A stretch of DNA of 64,000 nt from NCBI GenBank assembly GCA_964016885.1, contig OZ024745.1:7750001-7814000 (forward strand), given 5' to 3'. The translations under genes were made by a program, and so were the position numbers. Positions 36,001 to 46,741 of this stretch are shown here, piece by piece. Numbering within the stretch: position 1 is the stretch's first letter; each line of letters opens with the position of its first letter. This DNA is from Eledone cirrhosa. Its lineage: Eukaryota. The notes beneath the pieces were generated by a model. That model did not search any database. It had not been told where the DNA came from and was given only the letters and a program-made list of their open reading frames with translations.

Positions 36001-36779
36001 AATAACAGTAACTATAACAACAACAGTAACTATAACAACAACAGTAACTATAGCAATAACAGTAACTATAACAACAACAGAAACTATAACAACAACAGTA
36101 ACTATAACAATAACAGTAACTATAACAACAACAGTAACTATAACAACAACAGTAACTATAGCAATAACAGTAACTATAACAACAACAGTAACTATAACAA
36201 CAACAGTAACTATAGCAATAACAGTAACTATAACAACAACAGAAACTATAACAACAACAGTAACTATAACAATAACAGTAACTATAACAACAACAGTAAC
36301 TATAACAATAACAGTAACTATAACAATAACAGTAACTATAACAACAACAGAAACTATAACAACAACAGTAACTATAGCAATAACAGTAACTATAGCAATA
36401 ACAGTAACTATAACAATAACAGTAACTATAGCAATAACAGTAACTATAACAACAAGAGTAACTATAACAATAACAGAAACTATAACAACAACAGTAACTA
36501 TAACAATAACAGTAACTATAACAATAACAGAAACTATATTAACTATAACAGTAACTATAACAATAACAGTAACTATAACAACAACAGTAACTATAACAAC
36601 AACAGTAACTATAGCAATAACAGTAACTATAACAACAACAGTAACTATATTAACTATAACAGTAACTATAACAATAACAGTAACTATAACAACAACAGTA
36701 ACTATAACAACAACAGTAACTATAGCAATAACAGTAACTATAACAACAACAGTAACTATAGCAATAACAGTAACTATAA
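1..36779. repeat. 18-bp satellite array, consensus ACAGTAACTATAACAATA (~2,040 units), truncated by window start
   Basis: Continuous tandem 18-mers. Recurrent variants: ATA>ACA, GTA>GAA, ACA>GCA, ACT>ATT, plus 12/15/21/24-bp length variants. Monomer is three related hexamers ACAGTA/ACTATA/ACAATA. Ends at ...GTAACTATAAG 36780. Confidence 0.99.
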
Positions 36780-36948
36780 GGCAATCATTTAAATAACATT
36801 AACAGTTACAGAAAAGTAACTGTATTAAAACAATGAATTATATTAAGAGTAACTGTATTAACAATAACAGTTACTACAATAGCAATAATTATAAAATTAA
36901 CAGTTACAGTAACAATAACTGTAAAGGTAATTATAAGAATATCAATAT
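36780..36948. repeat. Degenerate satellite-related junction sequence
   Basis: Scrambled AACAGTTAC, GTAACTGTATTAA and ACAATAACAG words in both orientations between the array and (AAC)n. Confidence 0.6.
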
Positions 36949-37016
<68 letters not shown>

Positions 37017-37017
37017 C
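36949..37017. repeat. (AAC)23 microsatellite
   Basis: Perfect AAC run of 69 bp. Confidence 0.98.
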
Positions 37018-37047
37018 GAAAAAGGCAAACAAGCCACAATACTGTCT

Positions 37048-37437
37048 ATTTCTAACATAGATACAAGGTCACAACTTAAGCTGGGTGTAATGTGGGTATA
37101 GTCAATTATATCGAGTCTAGTACTTGGCTGCTACTTTAGTTTATCGATCCCTGATGGATGAAATGAAATATCGACCTGGGCGGCATTTCAATCAAAAGGC
37201 AAAGGGACGTGACTAAATACCACAAGGTATTTCGTCCCACGCTCAACTAAATCTGCCATTTGTCAACAACAATTATATCTAATATAGACATATTGTCAGG
37301 TATTGGAAGTGGCTGGAAGAGAAGGTTATAATCGATTATTATCGACCTTAATACCTGCTACTTTAGTATTATTGAACACCGCCCTAACAGGAAAGATGAA
37401 AGGTAAAAATCGACTTCAGTGAGATTTGAACGCAAAA
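37048..37437 (-). mobile_element. Two degraded head-to-tail copies of tRNA-derived SINE family 1
   Basis: On +: TTATCGATCC..GGATGAAA..TCGACC..GGCGGCATTT and GATGAAAGGTAAAAATCGACTTCAGTGAGATTTGAACGC, the reverse complement of the well-preserved copy at 49975-50150. Confidence 0.75.
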
Positions 37438-37594
37438 TATTGATTTTACCTTCCAATACTCTAATAATAAATACATAAGATCAGCGATGTCTTTATTTAC
37501 CAAAAAATCATGAATTGGAAAGCGAGAGATATATAACCAACCCTAAAATATAACAGGTATCTATTTTACTAGCCTTTACTTTATAAAGTGAAAA

Positions 37595-37915
37595 TACGTT
37601 GCCTAGTGGCTAAGGTGTTGGACTTACGTTCATAATGTGGTGGGTTCGATTCCTGGACTGACTGACGCATTGTATTTGCAACAAGATACTTCATTTCACG
37701 TTGCCTAGTAAACTCAGCTGAAAATGAGTACTGGAAGTAACTGTGAGTTAAATTTGTGATGGACTGGTGTCCTGTCCAGGAGAAAGTTTCTACTTTTGGT
37801 CACTTAACACCTGAGTACTGGAAGTAACTGTGAGTTAAACTTATGAAGGACTGGCGTCCTGTCCAGGAGGAAGTTTGTACTGTTGGTCCCTTAACACCAA
37901 AGAAACTGAGTTTTC
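37595..37915 (+). mobile_element. tRNA-derived SINE family 2a with internal 87-bp tandem duplication
   Basis: A box TTGCCTAGTGG, B box GGTTCGATTCC, CORE-like CAAGATACTTCATTTCACGTTGC, then GATGGACTGGTGTCCTGTCCAGG. Colinear with 58086-58355. Bases 37725-37811 are repeated at 37812-37898. Confidence 0.85.
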
Positions 37916-38082
37916 AGACGGAATATGAATTAAAAATGTATAGGATTGTATCAATGAAGCAGTAAATTATTTAGCACATGCTAATGTGGCCTACATGTTT
38001 CTTCCAAAACAGTTTTAGTAGAGCCAATAAAACAACACTGCCGTCATCCCGTGATGGCGACATATCATGTCAAGGTTGATGG

Positions 38083-38338
38083 ACCTCCGTCGGTTCTGAT
38101 GGTGACTGATCCAGTTGATACTAGAACATCATAGTCGTGAAATTAACGTGTAGTTAGCTGATAATTTCACAGACATGTGTACCTTTAACGGAGAGATTCA
38201 GTGTGACACAGTGTATAATTCTTGCCAGTAGGGTGCACTGATGTGAAATAAAGTGCCTTGCTCAAGGACACGTCGCCAGGAATCGAACTGACGGCCTTAC
38301 GATCGCGAGAAGAACCTCCTAATCATTAAGCCACGTGT
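38083..38338 (-). mobile_element. tRNA-derived SINE family 2b
   Basis: Minus strand reads CACGTGGCTTAATG (A box)..AGTTCGATTCCTGG (B box)..GTCCTTGAGCAAGGCACTTTATTTCAC (CORE-like)..CTGAATCTCTCC..AAAGGTACACATGTCTGTG. Confidence 0.82.
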
Positions 38339-38364
38339 CTTTACCCGTGTAAAAATGTGTAGTC

Positions 38365-38656
38365 TATGGATTAGGGTATTCGCCTATATTAATTTCGTGA
38401 GTTCGATTCCCAGGAGTATGTTTTGTCCTTGAGCGAGTCACTTTATTTCACTTTACTCTAGTCCACTCAGCTGATATAAATGTGATTTAAAAAATCTAAC
38501 GTTTTTGGCACTAACATTGTGGCACCTGAATCTCCCTGAGACTAGTTAGTTAAGGGACACATGTCTGTGGAATGCTCAGCCAGTTTCATGATAATTTAAC
38601 GAACAAGTTGTTCAATTATTGGAGCAGCTGAAGCCCACGTGGTCAGAACTGACGGA
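38365..38656 (+). mobile_element. tRNA-derived SINE family 2b, head-to-head with previous copy
   Basis: GAGTTCGATTCCC B box, GTCCTTGAGCGAGTCACTTTATTTCAC, CTGAATCTCCCTGAG..AAGGGACACATGTCTGTGG; same body as 38083-38338 on the opposite strand. Confidence 0.82.
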
Positions 38657-38734
38657 CCCCTTATGTCAAGGGCAGGGACCGTTATAAAGTTGCTGCTTGT
38701 TAAAAATAGTTGCTGAATCTCACTGAAATCACAC

Positions 38735-38767
38735 AACAACTGTAACAACAGTAACAACAACACTAGC

Positions 38768-38814
<47 letters not shown>

Positions 38815-38975
38815 CGACGACGACGACGACGACAACAACAACAACGACAACAACAACAATAGTAACAACGACAATAACAACAACGACGACGACAACAACA
38901 GTAACAAAAGTAACAACAACAGAAGAAAACAATGGTAACAACAACAACAACTTAACAACAACAACAACAGCAATA
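38735..38975. repeat. Compound (AAC)n/(GAC)n microsatellite
   Basis: AAC runs interrupted by GAC and AGT triplets. Confidence 0.95.
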
Positions 38976-38989
38976 GCTATGAAATAACG

Positions 38990-39486
38990 ATTTCTAAATT
39001 TAGGCAAAAGGAAAGTGAATTTGTGGGGATAAAAAATCGATTATACTAACTTGAGTATGTTAGGGGTACTTTATTTAATCGACCTCGTTAAAAGAACCAA
39101 ATGTAATCCATTTTGTCTGAAAATCGATAGCAATAAAATAATTCTTTCTAGTAGAGGCACAAGGCCAGGGAAAGTCATTTATATCGACCTCAGTATTTAA
39201 CTGGTACTTTATCGTTATCGACCTCCCAAGGGATGAAAGTGAAAGTTCACCTCGGTGAGATTTAACTCAGAAGGTAAAATGTTGAAACTGAGTGATAAGA
39301 TACACTAATGGGGTGGTAATTCTAATTTACTAACCAATTTGTGGGCTAGGCTGATGATACTGACAACACTACTTTCTTTCATCGATCCCGTTAGAAAGGA
39401 AAGGTAAAGTTGACCTAGGCGGGATTTGAACTCAGAACATAAATACTGGGAAGTATTTCTCTTACGCTCTACCGACTCCACCATAT
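38990..39486 (-). mobile_element. Cluster of three degraded SINE family 1 fragments
   Basis: Repeated TTTCTA..AGGCACAAGG tail, GGTACTTTAT..ATCGACC and GGATGAAAG..AAAGTT.ACCT.GG.G.GATTT.AACTCAGAA motifs at about 38990, 39145 and 39320. Confidence 0.75.
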
Positions 39487-39532
39487 CTTACTGTAGACAC
39501 AATAACAGCTGTTGTAACAATAATAATAGAAT

Positions 39533-39904
39533 CACCACCACCACCACCACCACCATCACCACAACCATCATCACCACTGCAACCCCCCCCCCCCACACAC
39601 TGCTACCACCACCACCACTACCACCACCACAACTACCACCACTACCACTACCACTATACCACCACCACCACCAACACTGTCACCGTCACCACCACCACCA
39701 CCACCACCACCACTAAACAACCACCACCACCACCACCACCACCACTACCACTACGCCACCACCACCACCACTACACCACCATCACCACCACCACCACTAA
39801 ACAACCACCAACACCACTAAACAACAACCACCACCACCACCACTAAACAACCACCACCACTGCAACACCCCCTACCACCACCACCACCACCACCACCACC
39901 ACCA
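39533..39904. repeat. Imperfect (CAC)n microsatellite
   Basis: CAC triplets with CAT, TAC and CTAAACAAC interruptions. Confidence 0.95.
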
Positions 39905-39992
39905 TTTCACGACAGTTCCGTTCTTTGAAGAATATTTTTTTTCAATTCTTTAAAAAAAAACTTCGACAATAACTGACATTGACAATGGAGTC

Positions 39993-40557
39993 TGTTGTTG
40001 TTGTGGTGGTGGTGGTGATGATGGTTGTGGTGGTGGTGGTGGTGATGATGTAGTGGTGGTGGCGGTAATGGTTGTAGTGGTGGTATGGTGGTGGTGGTGT
40101 AGTGGTGGCGGTAGTGGTGGTGATGGTGGTGGTGGTGGTGGTGGTGGTGGTGGTGGTGGTGGTGTAGTGGTGGTGGTGGTGGTGGTGGTGATGGTTGTGG
40201 TGGTGGTGGTGGTGGTGATGGTGTAGTGCTGGTGGTGGTGATGGTTGTGGTGGTGGTGATGGTGGTGGTGGTGTAGTGGTGGCGGTGATGGTATAGTGGT
40301 GGCGGTGGTTGTGGTGATCTTTGCGGTGCTGGTGGTGGTGACGGTGGTGTTGTTAGTGGTGGTGATGGTTGTGGTGGTGGTGTTGTTGTTGGTGGTGATG
40401 GTGGTGGCGATGGTTGTTTAGTGGGGGTGTTGGTGGTGGTGGTGGTAGTGGTGATGGTTGTTTAGTGGTGGTGGCGGTGGTGGTGTTGGTAGTGGTTTGG
40501 TGGTGGTGTAGTGTTGTGGTGGTGATGGTGGTGGAGGTGGTCGTCGTCGTCGTGGTG
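39993..40557. repeat. Imperfect (GTG)n microsatellite, inverted relative to 39533-39904
   Basis: GTG triplets with GAT, GTA and GTTGTTTAG interruptions. Confidence 0.95.
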
Positions 40558-40669
40558 AGAGAATAAAAGGACTAAATTTAACGAAAACAAAATTCTATGA
40601 AAGATCAAAGGAATGAGGAAATAGATCAAAGGCGGCATTAATAAAGAACAACATCAAAGGATTAATAGA

Positions 40670-40670
40670 A

Positions 40671-40701
<31 letters not shown>

Positions 40702-40740
40702 ACAACAACAATAATAATAATGATGATGATGATGATGATC
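40670..40740. repeat. Compound (AAC)n(AAT)n(GAT)n microsatellite
   Basis: Stepwise triplet runs read directly. Confidence 0.92.
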
Positions 40741-40914
40741 GTAATCATATTGGAAGGAAAGGGAGAGAATTAGTGATATATTATGAGGGAAATGAGAATT
40801 AGTAAAGTTGAAGAGAAGAGCGGGAATGAGTGAAGAAAATAAAAACATGAAATAAGAGAGACAGAAGAATAGGTAAACAATAAGATGTAATGAACAATTA
40901 GAAGATAAACAGAC

Positions 40915-43900
40915 TGTGGTAGATAGTAATGGTGGAAGTAATGGTAGAATATATAGTGTTGTAGAGAAGTTATGGTAGATAGTAATGGTGGAATGGTGTT
41001 GTAGAGAAGTTATGGTAGATAGTAATGGTAGAATATATAGTGTTGTAGAGAAGTTATGGTGAATAGTAGTGGTAAAATATATAGTATTGTAGAGAAGTTA
41101 TGGTAGATAGTAATGGTGGAATGGTGTTGTAGAGAAGTTATGGTAGATAGTAATGGTGGAATATATAGTGTTGTAGAGAAGTTATGGTGAATAGTAGTGG
41201 TAAAATATATAGTGTTGTAGAGAAGTTGTGGTAGATAGTAATGGTGGAATATATAGTGTTGTAGAGAAGTTATGGTAGATAGTAATGGTGGAATATATAG
41301 TGTTGTAGAGAAGTTATGTTATGGTAGATAGTAATGGTGGAATATATAGTATTGTAGAGAAGTTATGGTAGATAGTAATGGTGGAATATATAGTGTTGTA
41401 GAGAAGTTATGGTAGATAGTAATGGTGGAATATATAGTGTTGTAGAGAAGTTATGGTAGATAGTAATGGTGGAATATATAGTATTGTAGAGAAGTTATGG
41501 TAGATAGTAATGGTGGAATATATAGTGTTGTAGAGAAGTTATGGTAGATAGTAATGGTGGAATATATAGTGTTGTAGAGAAGTTATGGTAGATAGTAATG
41601 GTGGAATATATAGTGTTGTAGAGAAGTTATGGTAGATAGTAATGGTGGAATATATAGTGTTGTAGAGAAGTTATGGTAGATAGTAATGGTGGAATATATA
41701 GTGTTGTAGAGAAGTTATGGTAGATAGTAATGGTGGAATATATAGTGTTGTAGAGAAGTTATGGTAGATAGTAATGGTAGAATATATAGTGTTGTAGAGA
41801 AGTTATGGTAGATAGTAATAGTGGAATATATAGTGTTGTAGAGAAGTTATGGTAGATAGTAATGGTAGAATATATAGTGTTGTAGAGAAGTTATGGTAGA
41901 TAGTAATGGTGGAATGGTGTTGTAGAGAAGTTATGGTAGATAGTAGTGGTAGAATATATAGTGTTGTAGAGAAGTTATGGTAGATAGTAATGGTGGAATG
42001 GTGTTGTAGAGAAGTTATGGTAGATAGTAATGGTGGAATATATAGTGTTGTAGAGAAGTTATGGTAGATAGTAATGGTGGAATATATAGTGTTGTAGAGA
42101 AGTTATGGTAGATAGTAATGGTGGAATATATAGTGTTGTAGAGAAGTTATGGTAGATAGTAATGGTGGAATATATAGTGTTGTAGAGAAGTTATGGTAGA
42201 TAGTAATGGTGGAATATATAGTGTTGTAGAGAAGTTATGGTAGATAGTAATGGTGGAATATATAGTGTTGTAGAGAAGTTATGGTAGATAGTAATGGTGG
42301 AATATATAGTATTGTAGAGAAGTTATGGTAGATAGTAATGGTGGAATATATAGTGTTGTAGAGAAGTTATGGTAGATAGTAATGGTGGAATATATAGTGT
42401 TGTAGAGAAGTTATGGTAGATAGTAATGGTGGAATATATAGTGTTGTAGAGAAGTTATGGTAGATAGTAATGGTAGAATATATAGTGTTGTAGAGAAGTT
42501 ATGGTAGATAGTAATGGTGGAATGGTGTTGTAGAGAAGTTATGGTAGATAGTAATGGTGGAATATATAGTGTTGTAGAGAAGTTATGGTAGATAGTAATG
42601 GTGGAATGGTGTTGTAGAGAAGTTATGGTAGATAGTAATGGTAGAATATATAGTGTTGTAGAGAAGTTATGGTAGATAGTAGTGGTAGAATATATAGTGT
42701 TGTAGAGAAGTTATGGTAGATAGTAATGGTAGAATATATAGTGTTGTAGAGAAGTTATGGTAGATAGTAATGGTGGAATATATAGTGTTGTAGAGAAGTT
42801 ATGGTAGATAGTAATGGTAGAATATATAGTGTTGTAGAGAAGTTATGGTGAATAGTAGTGGTAGAATATATAGTATTGTAGAGAAGTTATGGTAGATAGT
42901 AATGGTGGAATGGTGTTGTAGAGAAGTTATGGTAGATAGTAATGGTAGAATATATAGTATTGTAGAGAAGTTATGGTAGATAGTAATGGTGGAATGGTGT
43001 TGTAGAGAAGTTATGGTAGATAGTAGTGGTAGAATATATAGTGTTGTAGAGAAGTTATGGTAGATAGTAATGGTGGAATATATAGTGTTGTAGAGAAGTT
43101 ATGGTAGATAGTAATGGTGGAATGGTGTTGTAGAGAAGTTATGGTAGATAGTAATGGTAGAATATATAGTGTTGTAGAGAAGTTATGGTAGATAGTAATG
43201 GTGGAATATATAGTGTTGTAGAGAAGTTATGGTAGATAGTAATGGTAGAATATATAGTGTTGTAGAGAAGTTATGGTAGATAGTAATGGTGGAATGGTGT
43301 TGTAGAGAAGTTATGGTAGATAGTAATGGTGGAATATATAGTGTTGTAGAGAAGTTATGGTAGATAGTAATGGTGGAATGGTGTTGTAGAGAAGTTATGG
43401 TAGATAGTAATGGTAGAATATATAGTGTTGTAGAGAAGTTATGGTAGATAGTAATGGTGGAATGGTGTTGTAGAGAAGTTATGGTAGATAGTAATGGTGG
43501 AATATATAGTGTTGTAGAGAAGTTATGGTAGATAGTAATGGTGGAATGGTGTTGTAGAGAAGTTATGGTAGATAGTAATGGTAGAATATATAGTGTTGTA
43601 GAGAAGTTATGGTAGATAGTAATGGTGGAATATATAGTGTTGTAGAGAAGTTATGGTAGATAGTAATGGTGGAATATATAGTGTTGTAGAGAAGTTATGG
43701 TAGATAGTAATGGTAGAATATATAGTGTTGTAGAGAAGTTATGGTAGATAGTAATGGTGGAATGGTGTTGTAGAGAAGTTATGGTAGATAGTAATGGTGG
43801 AATATATAGTGTTGTAGAGAAGTTATGGTAGATAGTAATGGTGGAATGGTGTTGTAGAGAAGTTATGGTAGATAGTAATGGTGGAATATATAGTGTTGTA

Positions 43901-45140
43901 GAGAAGTTATGGTAGATAGTAATGGTGGAATGGTGTTGTAGAGAAGTTATGGTAGATAGTAGTGGTAGAATATATAGTGTTGTAGAGAAGTTATGGTAGA
44001 TAGTAATGGTGGAATATATAGTGTTGTAGAGAAGTTATGGTAGATAGTAATGGTGGAATATATAGCGTTGTAGAGAAGTTATGGTAGATAGTAATGGTGG
44101 AATATATAGTGTTGTAGAGAAGTTATGGTAGATAGTAATGGTGGAATATATAGTGTTGTAGAGAAGTTATGGTAGATAGTAATGGTGGAATATATAGTGT
44201 TGTAGAGAAGTTATGGTAGATAGTAATGGTGGAATATATAGTGTTGTAGAGAAGTTATGGTAGATAGTAATGGTGGAATATATAGTGTTGTAGAGAAGTT
44301 ATGGTAGATAGTAATGGTAGAATATATAGTGTTGTAGAGAAGTTATGGTAGATAGTAATGGTGGAATATATAGTGTTGTAGAGAAGTTATGGTAGATAGT
44401 AATGGTGGAATATATAGTATTGTAGAGAAGTTATGGTAGATAGTAATGGTGGAATGGTGTTGTAGAGAAGTTATGGTAGATAGTAATGGTGGAATATATA
44501 GTGTTGTAGAGAAGTTATGGTAGATAGTAATGGTGGAATGGTGTTGTAGAGAAGTTATGGTAGATAGTAGTGGTAGAATATATAGTGTTGTAGAGAAGTT
44601 ATGGTAGATAGTAATGGTAGAATATATAGTGTTGTAGAGAAGTTATGGTAGATAGTAATGGTAGAATATATAGTGTTGTAGAGAAGTTATGGTAGATAGT
44701 AATGGTGGAATGGTGTTGTAGAGAAGTTATGGTAGATAGTAGTGGTAGAATATATAGTGTTGTAGAGAAGTTATGGTAGATAGTAATGGTGGAATGGTGT
44801 TGTAGAGAAGTTATGGTAGATAGTAATGGTGGAATATATAGTGTTGTAGAGAAGTTATGGTAGATAGTAATGGTAGAATATATAGTGTTGTAGAGAAGTT
44901 ATGGTAGATAGTAATGGTGGAATATATAGTGTTGTAGAGAAGTTATGGTAGATAGTAATGGTGGAATGGTGTTGTAGAGAAGTTATGGTAGATAGTAATG
45001 GTGGAATATATAGTGTTGTAGAGAAGTTATGGTAGATAGTAATGGTAGAATATATAGTGTTGTAGAGAAGTTATGGTAGATAGTAATGGTGGAATATATA
45101 GTGTTGTAGAGAAGTTATGGTAGATAGTAATGGTGGAATG
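40915..45140. repeat. 44/40-bp minisatellite, consensus GTGTTGTAGAGAAGTTATGGTAGATAGTAATGGTGGAATATATA (~100 units)
   Basis: Period 44 (41701 to 41745) and a 40-bp variant ending GGAATG (41961 to 42001); very homogeneous units. Confidence 0.99.
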
Positions 45141-45175
45141 AAAGGAAGAATACAACAAGAATAAACTATAAAATG

Positions 45176-45660
45176 TTTTCTAATTTAGGCAGAGGAGGGT
45201 CAACAAATTTGTGAGGAGGAATGAAATTTAAAGTTGACCGCGGCGGGATTTGAACTCAAAATGTAAAACGCCGTAACCTAAATAATTGTTTCTGAGACAC
45301 CAGGCCAACAATTTTGAAGGAGGGAGAAAGTCGTTTAAATCGCTCCAGTACGTTACTAGTACTTTATGAACTCAAAACATCCGCAATATAAATAGCAAAG
45401 CATTTCTTCCGACGCTCTGCCAATTATTATGTCAATTATCCGCCTTTAATGCTTTCTAATTTAGACTCAAAGTTAGAAATTAAGGTGTGAAGGGAAAACT
45501 GTTACATCGACCTCAAAACTTGACGGACACATTTTTTATCAATCCCAAAAGGATGAAAGGTAAAGTTTGCACATTTGAACGCAGAACATAAAGTTACAGA
45601 AGTAAACAGCACCAAGAATGTTGACACTCGCTCTACCGATTCTACCAATCTGTCACTTTA
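45176..45660 (-). mobile_element. Cluster of three degraded SINE family 1 copies
   Basis: AAAGTTGACCGCGGCGGGATTTGAACTC, CACCAGGCCAACAATTTT, GGATGAAAGGTAAAGTT and CTACCGATTCTACCAAT match the reverse complement of 49975-50150. Confidence 0.78.
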
Positions 45661-45754
45661 ATAATGGTTTCTGATATATGCAGAAGGGGAGGGGAAGTAG
45701 TCTAGCTGTCCCCAGTCGGAACATAAACGACGATTGTTCTGAGAGCACCACTAA

Positions 45755-46100
45755 CACTGCTTCACGTTTAAGACCGGTAATATACCGGTAATATACCATC
45801 CTGGTCCAGAAAGATCTTCCTGAGTTCCAGATACAGACCTCTCCGAAACTACACGACCATTGCGTTCCATCTGTGTCGACGAACGAATCATAGATCTGGT
45901 AGCCACCCAGAGGGATTTCAGTGCGTGTATCTCGGAAATACTGGTTTTGTTGATGTCTCCCACAATTACCAAACTTCTATGCCAACCTGAAGTCACGTCC
46001 CTTTATACAATTTACAGTTGATTCTAGCTGGAGCCGTTCATATCAGTAATAGGCAGCATGATAAAGTGGAATTACGTCCAGAAATTCGGGTATCATCTGT
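45755..46100 (-). pseudogene. Possible decayed LINE apurinic-endonuclease fragment
   Basis: Minus-strand translations give SLVIVGDIN (GDFN-like) and, in another frame downstream, RSFLD (RLD-like). Frames are broken; weak. Confidence 0.25.
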
Positions 46101-46197
46101 ATGATATGAAGGTGTTTAGTTTTACCAAGAACCTCAGCATATTTCGTTAAAGGAAAACCAATTTCACTAAACTTCTTCGTCTTCTATTTTCACTTCA

Positions 46198-46581
46198 AAA
46201 TAATGAAAGGCAAAGTTAGCCTTGGCGGGAAATAATGAAAGGCAAAGTTAACCTTGGCGGGAAATAATGAAAGGCAAAGTTAACCTTGGCGGGAAATAAT
46301 GAAAGGCAAAGTTAGCCTTGGCGGGAAATAATGAAAGGCAAAGTTAACCTTGGCGGGAAATAATGAAAGGCAAAGTTAACCTTGGCGGGAAATAATGAAA
46401 GGCAAAGTTAGCCTTGGCGGGAAATAATGAAAGGCAAAGTTAACCTTGGCGGGAAATAATGAAAGGCAAAGTTAACCTTGGCGGGAAATAATGAAAGGCA
46501 AAGTTAGCCTTGGCGGGAAATAATGAAAGGCAAAGTTAACCTTGGCGGGAAATAATGAAAGGCAAAGTTAACCTTGGCGGG
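46198..46581. repeat. 32-bp minisatellite x12 (AAATAATGAAAGGCAAAGTTA[A/G]CCTTGGCGGG) derived from SINE family 1 core
   Basis: 384 bp = 12 x 32. The only variable site runs G,A,A four times. Unit matches the reverse complement of CCCGCCGAGGTTAACTTTGCCTTTCAT in the SINE at 49975-50150. Confidence 0.97.
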
Positions 46582-46658
46582 TTTTGATCTTAGAATACAG
46601 AAAGCCGGAATTAAAACACTCTAGCCGACGTTCTAAGGATTCTGCCAATTCACCGCCT
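46198..46658 (-). mobile_element. SINE family 1 copy, 3'-truncated, hosting the 32-bp array
   Basis: After the last unit the sequence continues into the SINE head: TTTTGATCTTAGAA..CCGACGTTCTAAGGATTCTGCCAATTCACCGCC. Confidence 0.8.
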
Positions 46659-46741
46659 ACATTGTGAAGGTATTGCCACTATATGAGAGTCAGCGTAGCT
46701 TCTTCAATCATTTGCATTTTAAATTACATTTGTCTGATGTA

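Noticed and set aside
2706-36796. Giant ORFs of 763-4732 aa (Thr/Ile/Val-rich; mucin- or antifreeze-like appearance)
   Set aside because: Overlapping ORFs on both strands arise from a stop-free 18-mer. Starts are sporadic variants and ends are 1-nt deletions or the array edge. No signal peptide or unique domain.
40915-45140. CRISPR or coding repeat
   Set aside because: Contiguous units without unique spacers; unit lengths are not multiples of 3 and are stop-rich.
46198-46581. CRISPR-like 32-bp repeats
   Set aside because: No spacers, no cas genes, eukaryotic context; the unit is SINE-derived.
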